Counted from the stretch's first letter, positions 39,318-50,409 are shown. The stretch is DNA of 64,000 nt from Promethearchaeota archaeon (GCA_048941015.1 JBHLNZ010000002.1:1-64000), one strand, 5' to 3'. Notes: a model not told the origin generated them from the sequence alone. Translations and numbers: made by a program.

Positions 39318-40236
39318 ATTCAGGATCCTCTTGAACTCTATAATTATGAGCTAAACCTTTTATATCAGAAATAGAATTGTAGTTATTACTTTTTAAGTAA
39401 TCAATTAAGTTTTGGTTTATTTCATCAATAATATGATCCCCTTGATAGAGTGCCGTTCCAATTTGGACAGCTGAAGCTCCAGCAAGAAAAAATTCAATAA
39501 CATCATTAGCTGTGAAAATTCCTCCACAGCCTACAATTGGAATCTTTAAAATTTTATAAAGATCAAAGACTTTCTTAATCGCAACTGGATGAATCGATTT
39601 ACCTGAAAGCCCTCCACTACCATGTGATAAAACAGGTCGTTTAGTGTTTATATCTATAATCATTGCAGATAAGGTATTTATAGCTACAACAGCATCAGCA
39701 CCAGCCTTTTCAGCAGCTAATGCTATTTCAGTGATATTAGTAACATTTGGATTTAATTTTACAAATAATGGGATCGAAAGAACTTTCTTTAATTCAGAAA
39801 CCAGGATAAAGGTTAAATCCTTATCGATTCCGATTGATGATACCTTAGAATGAGGGCAAGAAATATTAATTTCAATGGCATCAGCTCCAGCTACCATTGC
39901 TTTTCTAGCAACATTAATATAAGTCTCATTATTCTCGCCAAATATACTTACTATCAAAGGAAATTTATACTTTTTCATTTCTTTAATTTCATTAACAAAG
40001 TAATCGATTCCTGGATTACCAAGACCTACACTGTTTAAAAACGTATCAGGATAAACTTCAATAATAGAGGGATTTTTATATCCCTTTCGAGGTTTAGGAC
40101 CGATAGATTTAGTTGTTATAGCTCCTATTCCTACATCAACTAATCTTTTCATTGTAGAAAAAGAAACCCCTAAAATACCTGATGCTAAAACAAGAGGGGA
40201 TTTTAACTTTAATCCAGAAATATTTACTTCAAGCAT
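39310..40236 (-). CDS. pyrD: dihydroorotate dehydrogenase family 1B catalytic subunit
   Basis: LNSVGL.NPG, NISCPH, VKL.PNVT, GGLSG, GASAVQIGT. Confidence 0.94.
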   Translation of the reverse strand: MLEVNISGLKLKSPLVLASGILGVSFSTMKRLVDVGIGAITTKSIGPKPRKGYKNPSIIEVYPDTFLNSVGLGNPGIDYFVNEIKEMKKYKFPLIVSIFGENNETYINVARKAMVAGADAIEINISCPHSKVSSIGIDKDLTFILVSELKKVLSIPLFVKLNPNVTNITEIALAAEKAGADAVVAINTLSAMIIDINTKRPVLSHGSGGLSGKSIHPVAIKKVFDLYKILKIPIVGCGGIFTANDVIEFFLAGASAVQIGTALYQGDHIIDEINQNLIDYLKSNNYNSISDIKGLAHNYRVQEDPEFE

Positions 40237-40305
40237 TACTATTATAATTTAAAGCATTATTATTATTATTATTTAAGAATTTATATCCTAGATAAAAAAA
40301 GAAAA

Positions 40306-41520
40306 ATGAAGTGCTTTATAATAGAAACATTAATTGGAATTTTTGCTGTTGATGAACTTGGAAATATAATTAACTTTATTGACTTTAATGACGATTTTCA
40401 AAGAATTATAGTATTTTATACTTTATTAGATTCCAAATCCTTGCAAAAAGAATATGAAGTTTTTTTAAAAGAACTAAATACTTCTGGGTTTAATGAATTC
40501 TTTTTTGATAACAAGCAGTTAGAAGAAATTACATCCTTTAAATTAAAATATAAAACGTTTTATGTTAAAAAAGCATTGGAATTTAGAGATTTCCGTTTTA
40601 ATTTACAAGAGAAAATAAACAGTATAGGTTTAAGTAAAACAGAAGAAGAGTTATTAGCTACTTACAAAAAAGTTGAACAAGAATTCATTAGGAAGAAAGT
40701 GAAAGAAGCTGGAGAACAGGATGATATTATTGTTATTCAAACTATTGAAACTCTTGAGATCCTTAAAAAATCAATAAGTTTATTTATGAGTAGGTTAAGA
40801 GAATGGTATGGTTTACATTTTCCGGAACTGACTGATAAATTAGTTGAAGATAATATAATCTTAGCTGAAATGATTTTATCTTTGGGTAACAGAGAAAATT
40901 TTACTTTTAATAATATTAAAAGAAATTTTGAGTTTACTGAAAAAAGAATTGAAAAAATTCAGAGTTTAGCCTCAAATTCAATGGGAGCTGATATTGATTT
41001 AAAAATTATTCAAGAATATGCAAACCAAGTTTTATCATTAGATAAATATAGGAACGAACTAGAAAACTATTTAGATAATTTAATGGAAAAATTCGCACCA
41101 AATCTTACAACATTAGTTGGAAGTTTGATTAGCGCTAAATTGATATCAAAAGCAGGTAATTTAAAAAAACTTGCATATATGCCAGCTTCCCGCATCCAAT
41201 TATTAGGAGCAGAAAAAGCATTATATAGGTTTCTAAAAACAGGTGAGAAACAACCAAAACATGGTTTAATCTTTCAATGGAACCTTATCAGAGGAAGTCG
41301 CCCATGGAATCGCGGTAAAATATCTCGTCTTATCTCTGGAAAAATAGGAATTGCCGCAAAAGTAGATTATTTTGGTGGAGATTTTATAGCTGATTCAATT
41401 TCGAAGGAAATTGAAGATAAAATAAAAGAAATTGAAATTAAATATCCTAAACCTCCACTTGTTAAAAAGAAACCACAAAGAATGACTAAAAAGCAAAAAA
41501 AGAAGAAATCAAGAAGGTAA
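40306..41520 (+). CDS. nop5: C/D box sRNP protein Nop5 (Nop56/58)
   Basis: LREWYGLHFPEL, PASRIQLLGAEKAL, PKHGLIFQ, RGKISR; basic tail. Confidence 0.94.
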   Translation: MKCFIIETLIGIFAVDELGNIINFIDFNDDFQRIIVFYTLLDSKSLQKEYEVFLKELNTSGFNEFFFDNKQLEEITSFKLKYKTFYVKKALEFRDFRFNLQEKINSIGLSKTEEELLATYKKVEQEFIRKKVKEAGEQDDIIVIQTIETLEILKKSISLFMSRLREWYGLHFPELTDKLVEDNIILAEMILSLGNRENFTFNNIKRNFEFTEKRIEKIQSLASNSMGADIDLKIIQEYANQVLSLDKYRNELENYLDNLMEKFAPNLTTLVGSLISAKLISKAGNLKKLAYMPASRIQLLGAEKALYRFLKTGEKQPKHGLIFQWNLIRGSRPWNRGKISRLISGKIGIAAKVDYFGGDFIADSISKEIEDKIKEIEIKYPKPPLVKKKPQRMTKKQKKKKSRR

Positions 41521-41527
41521 GATCGTA

Positions 41528-42226
41528 ATGAATGAAGTAGAAATTAGAAATCATCCAAAGTATAGGAATGTTTTTATTTCTGGAAGTCAAGAAAAATTAA
41601 AATTATATACAAAAAATTTAACTCCCGGAAAAAGAGTTTATGGGGAAAAATTAGTTTCCTTTAGAGGAGAAGAATATAGAGAATGGGATCCTTATCGAAG
41701 TAAATTATCTGCTTTAATTTTAAAAAATCCTGAGTTTAATTTTTTTTCTAATAATCTAAAAACCTTGTATTTAGGTGCGTCATCAGGAACAACAATATCC
41801 CACCTATCAGATATCACTCCTAAAGGAATTATTTATGGAATCGAATTTGCTGAACGTAGTATTCGACAATTGATTCAGAATACTCAAAATAGGAAAAATA
41901 TCATCCCAATTTTGGCTGACGCCAATTATCCCAATCATTATGCTAAATCTATTTTTACATCAATAGATTTAATTTATCAGGATATTGCACAACCTAATCA
42001 AGCTGAAATTGCTTTAAAAAATTCTAAGTACTACCTAAAAAATGATGGTTTACTTATTCTCGCTATTAAATCTCAATCTATAGACAGCATTCAAAAATCA
42101 GATAAAGTATATATGAATGAGAGAAAAGTTCTCGAAAGTGAAAGTTATAAAATTATTGAAAGTTATAATATTCACCAATATGCTGCTAATCATATGGTTC
42201 TTTTAGTCAAGAAGGGTTTTAGTTAA
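41528..42226 (+). CDS. flpA: fibrillarin-like rRNA/tRNA 2'-O-methyltransferase
   Basis: VYGE, YREWDP.RSKL, LYLGASSGTT.SH, DIAQP.Q. Confidence 0.95.
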   Translation: MNEVEIRNHPKYRNVFISGSQEKLKLYTKNLTPGKRVYGEKLVSFRGEEYREWDPYRSKLSALILKNPEFNFFSNNLKTLYLGASSGTTISHLSDITPKGIIYGIEFAERSIRQLIQNTQNRKNIIPILADANYPNHYAKSIFTSIDLIYQDIAQPNQAEIALKNSKYYLKNDGLLILAIKSQSIDSIQKSDKVYMNERKVLESESYKIIESYNIHQYAANHMVLLVKKGFS

Positions 42227-42938
42227 AAAATTCGGTAATCTTCTTATTAGAAATTTCATCATTATAAATTCTTTTTGCTGTTTCCCAAGTTTTTCGCGTG
42301 AAAGGGGGAAGTTTTTTCTTACTTTTCACCCAATTTTGAATATATTTTACAGTTTTTTTATCGGATGGATATCCAGACCCAAAATCACCATATTGAAGTT
42401 TTAATTCCTCTATTAGTGAATCTCTTTTCTCTTTTGCAATAATTGAGGCAGCCGAAACAATTGGATAGATTTGATCTCCTTTATGTTTAGAGATGATCTT
42501 TTTTGGCTTATAGTTTAATAAATTTTTAATAGAGATTCCATATCTTTTTTCATTTACATCGGCAGCATCAATATATATCTCATCAGGTTTTAAAAGATTA
42601 ATAATTTCAGCCATCTTTGACTCTTCAAGTTTGTTGAGAGAAATTTTTCGTTCTTCTCTACTGTCAATCTCTTTAGCATTAACTATAATTATTTTATGAG
42701 AGTAACAATTATTTTTTATAATTTCAGCCATTTCTTTTCTTTTTCTAGGTGATAATTTTTTTGAATCTTTTACACCAATTTCTGATAATAAATTCAAATT
42801 AGTTTTAAAGTAACACACTCCACATAAAACCATAGGACCTAATACTGGGCCTCTTCCAGCCTCATCTATTCCACAGGTTAGAGTTAGATCATTTTTGAGA
42901 ATCTTGGATAAGCTCAATGAATTCTTCTTCATCATCAA
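42219..42938 (-). CDS. rnhB: ribonuclease HII
   Basis: GIDEAGRGPVLGP, DSKKL, VSAASIIAK, GSGYPSD; true start probably slightly downstream. Confidence 0.94.
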   Translation of the reverse strand: MMMKKNSLSLSKILKNDLTLTCGIDEAGRGPVLGPMVLCGVCYFKTNLNLLSEIGVKDSKKLSPRKRKEMAEIIKNNCYSHKIIIVNAKEIDSREERKISLNKLEESKMAEIINLLKPDEIYIDAADVNEKRYGISIKNLLNYKPKKIISKHKGDQIYPIVSAASIIAKEKRDSLIEELKLQYGDFGSGYPSDKKTVKYIQNWVKSKKKLPPFTRKTWETAKRIYNDEISNKKITEFFN

Positions 42939-43899
42939 TTTTTTCTAAATCTTTTACTTTTACAATAGGAATTGTTCGCTTTTTTAAAGTTTCAGATATT
43001 TTTACATTATTATTAATTATAAATAGAGAGTTCTTATGAAAGATGTTAGTAAAAGTTCTTAAACATTTAAGATTTAGTTCATTTATCTTCTTTTCTTCTT
43101 CAGAAAGTCCTGAAAAGACTGGATAAAAATCGCGTTCTAATATGCTATTTGGTTTTTTTGAATATAATGATAGCTTAAAAGGTATTGGTCCCTTTTTGTA
43201 CCAGTAAGCTGAAATACCAATATCACTAATTATAGTTTGAATATGAGATTCAAACTCATTTAATTCGTCTTTAAGAGAAGTTTTTACTTGATCAAAATCA
43301 AATTGGATATTCCATTCAAAAATGTTAATCTTCTTAAATATCTCACTATTTTGTAAGATTTCGCATATTTTATTAGCTACGGTCTCTGATGGTCTCATAT
43401 TTTCCGTTTCATATGCACATACTGTTCTTTTAGTGACTCCTAACTTATCTGATAAGTCTTTTCTACTTACTGATAATTTTTCTCTCAATGTCTTCATAAG
43501 ATCTCCATCAAGAAATATTACCCCACCACCCCGTTTTGCTAGGATATAGGGATATTTATTTTGGTTAAAAATATTTTCTAATGTATCTAATGAGATAAAT
43601 GGTAAATTTTCTCTTATATAAATTGTATTTTCTTCTAATCTATTGTATCTATTCCTAATTCCTATTAGAATTGGTTTTGATTTCAATAGTAAGGATAAAG
43701 ATTTTAGATCTCTTATTACATCAGGGTTAAGATTATCAATATTGGGAAAAACCTTTACACTAAAAAACAGATCATTTTTTTTTACTAAAAGATCAAAACA
43801 AAATTTATTTTTTTCATTAGCAAAATTTTCTAAAGCTAATGTTTCAAAATCAGCTTTTTTTAATATTTGATTGATTTTTTGGAGAATTTGCTCAGTCAT
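42889..43899 (-). CDS. archaeal HTH transcriptional regulator (COG1395-like)
   Basis: CFDL, K...NID, RGG...LDG, cro-type HTH SRKDLS..LGVTKRTV..YE. Confidence 0.75.
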   Translation of the reverse strand: MTEQILQKINQILKKADFETLALENFANEKNKFCFDLLVKKNDLFFSVKVFPNIDNLNPDVIRDLKSLSLLLKSKPILIGIRNRYNRLEENTIYIRENLPFISLDTLENIFNQNKYPYILAKRGGGVIFLDGDLMKTLREKLSVSRKDLSDKLGVTKRTVCAYETENMRPSETVANKICEILQNSEIFKKINIFEWNIQFDFDQVKTSLKDELNEFESHIQTIISDIGISAYWYKKGPIPFKLSLYSKKPNSILERDFYPVFSGLSEEEKKINELNLKCLRTFTNIFHKNSLFIINNNVKISETLKKRTIPIVKVKDLEKIDDEEEFIELIQDSQK

Positions 43900-44026
43900 T
43901 AATTTCCATATTGTAAATGTTTAATATTATAAAAAAACTTTTTTGTTAATTCAAATATCTAAATTAGACTATTTAATTTAATTCAAAAATTATATTTAGT
44001 TAATGATTTTTATCCTACAATTTTTA

Positions 44027-44590
44027 TTATCTACTAGAAAGCTTTAGGAAATCAGAATCGGTGATAATACCAATATACTTATCAAATTCTTTAACCAAAA
44101 CTGCTGGATAATTTAGTAATAGGTTAGATATATCTTTCACGTTCCAACTTTTTTCAACTTCTGGAAATGGTAATTCTTTTATTTGCATTACTTCGACATT
44201 TATTATATCTGGATTATCTGTTATTAGTTTCTGAATTTTTTTTGAAGTAACGCTTCCTAAATTTTGGTTATCTATGATAGGTAACTGAGAAATACTATAT
44301 TCACTCATAATATTAATTGCTTCTTTCACTTTTGAGCTTGGTTTTATTGATCTAATAATCTTAGTCATTAAATCTGCAGCTGTAACTTCTGGTTTTTTCC
44401 TTATCATACTTTCATTTTCTAAATACTCAAAGATTAACTTAAATTTAGAATAGGGTGGATCCATTGTCCCATTCTCAATTCTTGATATTGTTGATTGAGG
44501 TAATCCTAACTTATTACCTAATTCTTTTTGACTAATATTTAGACTTTTCCTCAAAGATTTTATTTCTGATAGATCAGGTAAAATATTCAT
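44027..44590 (-). CDS. HTH plus CBS domain transcriptional regulator
   Basis: ISQKELG...QSTISRIENG..DP; CBS pair (SQLPII, GIITDSD). Confidence 0.88.
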   Translation of the reverse strand: MNILPDLSEIKSLRKSLNISQKELGNKLGLPQSTISRIENGTMDPPYSKFKLIFEYLENESMIRKKPEVTAADLMTKIIRSIKPSSKVKEAINIMSEYSISQLPIIDNQNLGSVTSKKIQKLITDNPDIINVEVMQIKELPFPEVEKSWNVKDISNLLLNYPAVLVKEFDKYIGIITDSDFLKLSSR

Positions 44591-44735
44591 CTTATACGTA
44601 AAGTTTATTTATCATTTTTTTAGCGCATATTCAATGCTTTTCCAGCATAAAATTTTTAATAATTATTTTAATTAATCATTAATTTAAAAACATACTTAAA
44701 ATAACTTTTTATTTAAACAAGTAGTTGGTTTAGCG

Positions 44736-45983
44736 ATGTTAAAAATTAATCAATGGGATCTAAAATTTGCTGTGGAACACTCGGATTTCCCTGAAATTGT
44801 TGAACGAAAAGGAATAGGGCATCCTGACAGTGTATGTGACGCAGTTGCGGATGCTTGTTCGAGAGCTTTATGTGTATATTATTTAGAGCATTATGGAAGA
44901 GTATATCACCATAATGTTGATAAAGCAGCGTTAGTTGGGGGAACTGCCAAACCAGAATTCGGCGGTGGTATGATTATTCAGCCACAATATTTTCTAATTG
45001 TTGGACGGGCAATAAATCAGATTTTAGTAGAATGTGGCGAAGGAAAAAGTAAATTGGAGTACATACCAATTCCAACAATTTGTATTGATACACAGAGAAA
45101 GGTACTGTCTAGTATTTTTAGAAATCTTGACCTTGAAAAGGATATTCAATTTGATTATGCTGTCAGGCCAGGCTCGATAGATTTAACTGGAGTTTTTGAT
45201 GAATCTCATCATTCAGAAGAAGTTCCTTTAGCAAACGATACTAGTTTTGGTGTAGGTTATGCACCCTATTCAGATGCAGAGAAGATTACACTTGAGGCTG
45301 AAAGACTTATAAATTCACCCGCTTTTAAAGATAAGTGTAAAGGTTCAGGCGAAGATGTAAAAGTTATGACGGAAAGAGTAGGGAATAAAGTTGGAATCAC
45401 AGTTGCCGCTGCTATGGTAAGTAGATACATTAATGATATTGATGAATATGTTAGTTATACGAATCAGATTAAAGATGCAGTGCTTGATTTGGCGACGAGA
45501 ATTATACCTGAAAGAGAAGTCACAGTTCAAGTAAATGTTGCCGATATATTAGAAAAAAATTTAATTTATTTGACTATTACAGGAACTTCCGCAGAAGCTG
45601 GAGATGATGGAGAAGTAGGGCGTGGAAATCGATCGAATGGATTAATTACTCCCTGCAGAACCATGAGTTTAGAAGCAGTATGTGGTAAAAATCCTATTAA
45701 TCATGTAGGAAAAATTTATAATGTGCTCGCCCATAATATGGCAAAAGAAATAGTAAATAGAGGGAGTGGTGATATTATTGAGGCACATGTTAAACTCCTG
45801 TCTCAAATTGGTCGACCAATAAATGATCCCTGGATCAATTCTATAAGTTTAATTGGAGCTCAAAATGTAAATTTTTCTAGCATCGAGAAAATTGCCAAGG
45901 AAGTTTCTGATGAATTCTTAGACAAGGATCACTTAATTCAATTGAGAAAAGATCTTATCGCAGGTAAAGAACAAGTATTTTAG
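44736..45983 (+). CDS. mat: archaeal S-adenosylmethionine synthetase
   Basis: [47 protein letters not shown]. Confidence 0.95.
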   Translation: MLKINQWDLKFAVEHSDFPEIVERKGIGHPDSVCDAVADACSRALCVYYLEHYGRVYHHNVDKAALVGGTAKPEFGGGMIIQPQYFLIVGRAINQILVECGEGKSKLEYIPIPTICIDTQRKVLSSIFRNLDLEKDIQFDYAVRPGSIDLTGVFDESHHSEEVPLANDTSFGVGYAPYSDAEKITLEAERLINSPAFKDKCKGSGEDVKVMTERVGNKVGITVAAAMVSRYINDIDEYVSYTNQIKDAVLDLATRIIPEREVTVQVNVADILEKNLIYLTITGTSAEAGDDGEVGRGNRSNGLITPCRTMSLEAVCGKNPINHVGKIYNVLAHNMAKEIVNRGSGDIIEAHVKLLSQIGRPINDPWINSISLIGAQNVNFSSIEKIAKEVSDEFLDKDHLIQLRKDLIAGKEQVF

Positions 45984-46159
45984 TAAAATATCGTTAATAA
46001 AATTCTTTTTTCTATCTTTTTTTTATTATATAAATTTATTATTATTCTATGATATAAATTAATAATACAACATTAACAAAATTAAGTATCTAATTAAAGA
46101 AATTAAAATACAATGTCTTTAATTTCATAATTTCAGTTTTTAATCAACGTGGTATAATT

Positions 46160-46396
46160 TTGGGCTTGGATAAGTGGATAAAAACAGATAGAGAAGAAAA
46201 AAAATCTGATAAAAAACCTAAAAGTCAAAAGATTAAACAAGCTAATCAAGTTAAACAATCAGAGAGTCCGTTAAAGCTATCAAAGTACATCTTATTATGT
46301 ACCAAATGTAAATATCAAAAGATACTTATGAAAAAAGATTTAGAAGAAAATGATAGAATCTGCCCAAAATGTAAAAATAAGATGAAAATTAAATAA
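46160..46396 (+). CDS. small basic zinc-ribbon protein
   Basis: MGLDKWI N-terminus; CTKC...CPKC. Confidence 0.65.
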   Translation: MGLDKWIKTDREEKKSDKKPKSQKIKQANQVKQSESPLKLSKYILLCTKCKYQKILMKKDLEENDRICPKCKNKMKIK

Positions 46397-46399
46397 AAT

Positions 46400-46642
46400 T
46401 TAAATGTTTTTATCTATATCTGAAGGATTTAATTCAGGTAGGTTATTTAAATCAAATTTAGTTTCACAATTAGGACATCTATCTTTCTTTTTGCTATATT
46501 TAAGTATGAGATAAAGAAAAAAACCTAACCCGCATGTTAAAAGAACACTAAAACATAATATTTCGTGGTATATATGTTCAAAATTCTTTCTTCTTAACTC
46601 CACAACATGTTCGCAGGTTGGACAATAAACTTTATGACCCAT
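46400..46642 (-). CDS. LITAF-like zinc-binding membrane protein
   Basis: CPTC, hydrophobic stretch, then CPNC in 80 aa. Confidence 0.65.
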   Translation of the reverse strand: MGHKVYCPTCEHVVELRRKNFEHIYHEILCFSVLLTCGLGFFLYLILKYSKKKDRCPNCETKFDLNNLPELNPSDIDKNI

Positions 46643-46785
46643 AATTTAATAAAATTATTCTTTAAATTAATTATCAATTGATTTTATTGTATCATTATCA
46701 AGTAAATTTATTTAATAAAGCAATTATTATTTTTGTAATTTATTTTCAATAAATTTTAATTTTTTCTTATTATTTTAAACGGTAA

Positions 46786-46920
46786 TTATTCTTCTTTCTT
46801 TTTTTTTGAAAGATCCGTTAATATATTCCAAGTACTGCTAACACCTAATTCTTTTAACTTTTTTCTTTCAGTTTCTATATCTTCATTTTTTTCTTCTTTT
46901 TCTTCTCTCAATATCATCAT
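46786..46920 (-). CDS. 44-aa small charged protein (below the ORF-track cutoff)
   Basis: MMILREEKEEKNEDIETERKKLKELGVSSTWNILTDLSKKKKEE; purine-rich coding strand; fills an otherwise empty gap. Confidence 0.45.
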   Translation of the reverse strand: MMILREEKEEKNEDIETERKKLKELGVSSTWNILTDLSKKKKEE

Positions 46921-47040
46921 CTATAATAAGATTATAATAATTAATATCTTGCAAAATAATAAAAGTATAAACTAAATATTATTAATCTTTACTTTTATAT
47001 CACTTATAAGATCATTTTATTTAGTGTATATTTCATTCAT

Positions 47041-48048
47041 ATGGAGGATTATAATTTGCCAATATGTTATCATTGCGGGAGAGAGATCTCCGATTTTATT
47101 GTCTGTGCTGAGTGTGGCCAAACTTATTGTTCTATTCATAGTGATCCTGTCGATCATGAATGCAAAATAGTAAAAGAAACTCTTCAACCACAGATAATTT
47201 CACCAAATAGACCATTATATCAAGAACCTAATATCACTCAATATCAGCACCAATATCCACAATCATACCAAACAAGTTCAGTTGAACGTGGTACAACTGA
47301 TGGAACGTATACATGGTATCGTCAAGAACATCAAGTTCCTCCTAATGCTTTTGATCCTGAGTCTGGAATTGAGTTTAAAGGCATACTATTATCTCATAAA
47401 TCAGAATTATTTCATTTTTTGATAGGGTGTAGCTTAATTTTCATAATAGGCTTGTTAAATTTCTATGATCCCCAGTTATTTACCCTAGGTTATGGATGGT
47501 CTTTATTTATGCTCGCAGGTTTTTATATGACTGCTTTTCTTTTCCATGAATTAGGGCATCGTCAAACTGCTTTACATTTCGGATTGCAGACAAAATTTAG
47601 GCTTCTTACTTTTGGAATGTTGATAACCGTTATCGGCTTAATTTCTGGATTAATGAGATTTTTTACTGGTTCTACACTTTTGCCTTCTTTAGCATTACCA
47701 GGAGCGGTTGTTGTTCTTGGTTTGGATAAAATAGATAGAAAAACTGGATTATGCAAAACAGCTGGCCCTTTAGTGAATCTTATATTCGGTACCGGATTGT
47801 TTATTATTTCTTTTGTTATTCCAAAAGCATTGTATCCACTAAATTATTTCTTTGGATTAGCAGCTTATTTAAATTATATGCTGGGCACCTTTAACATGAT
47901 CCCCATAGGAATTTTAGATGGACAAAATATATGGAAATGGAATAAAAAAGTCTATATTGCATTAATGCTTTCATTAGCTACTCTGGTTGTTACAACAGGG
48001 ATAATTATATATACTCCTTTAGGAATAGATTTTTATTTTCCATTATAA
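47041..48048 (+). CDS. AN1 zinc finger plus M50 (site-2) intramembrane metalloprotease
   Basis: C..C-x9-C..C-x4-C..H-x5-H.C; HELGH, AGPLVN, FNMIPIGILDG. Confidence 0.88.
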   Translation: MEDYNLPICYHCGREISDFIVCAECGQTYCSIHSDPVDHECKIVKETLQPQIISPNRPLYQEPNITQYQHQYPQSYQTSSVERGTTDGTYTWYRQEHQVPPNAFDPESGIEFKGILLSHKSELFHFLIGCSLIFIIGLLNFYDPQLFTLGYGWSLFMLAGFYMTAFLFHELGHRQTALHFGLQTKFRLLTFGMLITVIGLISGLMRFFTGSTLLPSLALPGAVVVLGLDKIDRKTGLCKTAGPLVNLIFGTGLFIISFVIPKALYPLNYFFGLAAYLNYMLGTFNMIPIGILDGQNIWKWNKKVYIALMLSLATLVVTTGIIIYTPLGIDFYFPL

Positions 48049-48198
48049 TATAATAATAAAATTATTTATTTTCTTATAATTAATAAAAGTTAACAAGATT
48101 TATACCTTAAAATATATAGATTAAAAAATTTAGTTGCATGTATTTAATGTATCATCAATATCTTATCTTAAGTATAAAATCCACGTTATAGAAAGATT

Positions 48199-49131
48199 AT
48201 GACATACTGTGAGCATTGTGGGGTAGAAATTGGATATTTACCATTTAAATGTAAATATTGTGGAGGTACATTTTGCAAAAAGCATAGACTTCCCGAAAAT
48301 CATCAATGTACCTTTGAATTAAAACACACTCCTGTTGTCCCTTCATCAAGTCGAGAATATTCAGCTAGAACGATTATAGAACCTGTTTCCCAAAAATATT
48401 TATCCAAAGGTCCTCGTGAATTAAAAAAGTATTTAAAAAGACAGGAAAAGCAAAGAAGATACACAATAAGGAGTTATTCAGGAAGAAAGGCAGGAGCAAT
48501 ACGTAATAAGGGAACAAAAATATTAGTTGGTTTGATTATCATCTTCTCAATTATGGGTCTAATTTTTGAAGGTTTTGGTGTCCCTCAATATATATTTTTA
48601 AGTTTAAGTGGGCTAATTATTAATTTTACTTTCCACACTATAATTACATCCTTATTTATTGCACAAACAAGTATTTTTTGGATTTTCTTTCTTTTAATTA
48701 TGATTTATTTTTTGTATATAATTGCTAGAAACATTGAATTAACATATGGTACTTCCTTTCTAATCAAGTTATACTTAATTTGTACATTATTATCAGCTTT
48801 GTTTTATATATTATTAAGATTAGCTTTAATTCCTTTCAATTATCCTTTAACCTTTCGATATGATTATGTTGGATTAGCATGGGGGGGTATTTTAGGGTTA
48901 ATTTCATATTCGATATTTCCAGCAATGAATAGAGAAATTACTGCGCTAATGTATTTTTTTCCAATTAGATTGAAAGGAAAAACATTTCTATATATTATTA
49001 TATTAATTAGACTTATACCAGGTTTATTGTTTGCATTATTTGCTCCATTTTATTTATGGATGTATTTACCGGATTTAGGAGGGATTCTGGGGGCATATAT
49101 CGTCTTTAAATATCAAAAAGCAAGCCGTTAA
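48199..49131 (+). CDS. AN1 zinc finger plus rhomboid-fold protein lacking catalytic Ser/His
   Basis: [28 protein letters not shown]; IE..YGT..LI.LY; GLAWGG replaces GxSG; PDLGG replaces HLGG. Confidence 0.75.
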   Translation: MTYCEHCGVEIGYLPFKCKYCGGTFCKKHRLPENHQCTFELKHTPVVPSSSREYSARTIIEPVSQKYLSKGPRELKKYLKRQEKQRRYTIRSYSGRKAGAIRNKGTKILVGLIIIFSIMGLIFEGFGVPQYIFLSLSGLIINFTFHTIITSLFIAQTSIFWIFFLLIMIYFLYIIARNIELTYGTSFLIKLYLICTLLSALFYILLRLALIPFNYPLTFRYDYVGLAWGGILGLISYSIFPAMNREITALMYFFPIRLKGKTFLYIIILIRLIPGLLFALFAPFYLWMYLPDLGGILGAYIVFKYQKASR

Positions 49132-49223
49132 TTAAATCTCGTTCGAATATTTCCATAAAAAATATGAAGTAAAAATCCTTTACTTTTTTAGATTAACAAA
49201 TATTAAATATTAGGATAATTGAC

Positions 49224-49880
49224 ATGTCTGAAAAAGAAGTCTTAAAAATTATTGAGTTAAACGAGGATTTAATAGAGAATAATGAAATACTAGCAAAAAA
49301 AAATAAAGAAATTTTTACGAAAAATAAGATTAATTCATTTGATATAGTTGGCGCTATAGGAGCTGGAAAAACAGCGCTTATTGAAGCTATTGTAAAACAG
49401 AAATCTAAAGAGAAAAAAATCCTCGTCATAAATGGTGATGTTGCTACAAGAATCGATGCGGATAGAATTGAAAAACATGGAGTAAAAACAATTCAAATTA
49501 ATACTGGAAGAGAGTGTGCATTAAATTCATATCATATTTCCCAAGTTTTAAAAAATTTTGATATAAGCAGATATGATACCGTATTTATAGAAAATGTCGG
49601 CAATTTGATCTGTCCATCAGATTTTATTTTAGGTACAGATAAGCGTGTTGTAGTTGTTTCAATAACAGAAGGTCCATGGGTTATTCGAAAACACCCGATG
49701 TTATTTAAATATTCAGACATAGCAGTAATTAATAAAATAGATTTAAGTGATGTAATGGAAGTTGATATTAAAGAAATGATAAATGATGCTAAGGAAATTA
49801 ATCCAAATCTCAAAATAATTACAACAAGCACAGTAACTGGAGAAAATGTCGATAAATTAATAGAACTATTATTTTCCTAA
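49224..49880 (+). CDS. hypB: hydrogenase nickel incorporation GTPase HypB
   Basis: GAGKT, DA.RI, INTG..C.L, ENVGNLICP, NKIDL. Confidence 0.9.
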   Translation: MSEKEVLKIIELNEDLIENNEILAKKNKEIFTKNKINSFDIVGAIGAGKTALIEAIVKQKSKEKKILVINGDVATRIDADRIEKHGVKTIQINTGRECALNSYHISQVLKNFDISRYDTVFIENVGNLICPSDFILGTDKRVVVVSITEGPWVIRKHPMLFKYSDIAVINKIDLSDVMEVDIKEMINDAKEINPNLKIITTSTVTGENVDKLIELLFS

Positions 49881-49965
49881 TAAAAAAGTAAAATTGATAT
49901 AATCAAGACAGATTATGAATTAAAAGAATCATAATTTAAATTAAAAATAAAATCTCTGATAAAAG

Positions 49966-50394
49966 ATGAGCTTAAGACAATATAATACTGAATTAGGACT
50001 ACTTATTGATAAAATAGTAAAAGTATATTTAGATCAAGATAAATTCTTTGTAGGTCAATTAAAAGGAGTTTCAGAAGATTCTAACCTTATTATTGTAAAT
50101 GCGAAGAATGAAAAAAATAAAGTATTTCCGAAGATTTTGATAAGGTCTTCTTATTATAATTACGTAACTGTTGAAGAGGAACCATTTCCTATGAAAGCTT
50201 TAGCAGATAGAATTGCAACAATCTTTTCAAAAGGCCATGTAAACTACATTGAGGACCAAAATATTATTTCTATTTTAAATGGTAAAATTATTGTTGATGA
50301 AGAAGGAGTAAGAGGATCTGGTCCATCTGCTGATAGGGTTAAAAAAATATTCGAACAATTTAGAATGGATTTAGAAAATCCATCAGAAGAATAA
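49966..50394 (+). CDS. Lsm/Sm-like protein with C-terminal domain (SmAP3-like)
   Basis: Sm1 (DKIVKVYL...FVGQLKG....NLII.NA), Sm2 (KILIR), plus about 70 aa C-terminal domain. Confidence 0.7.
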   Translation: MSLRQYNTELGLLIDKIVKVYLDQDKFFVGQLKGVSEDSNLIIVNAKNEKNKVFPKILIRSSYYNYVTVEEEPFPMKALADRIATIFSKGHVNYIEDQNIISILNGKIIVDEEGVRGSGPSADRVKKIFEQFRMDLENPSEE

Positions 50395-50409
50395 TTTTTT
50401 TTATTAATT

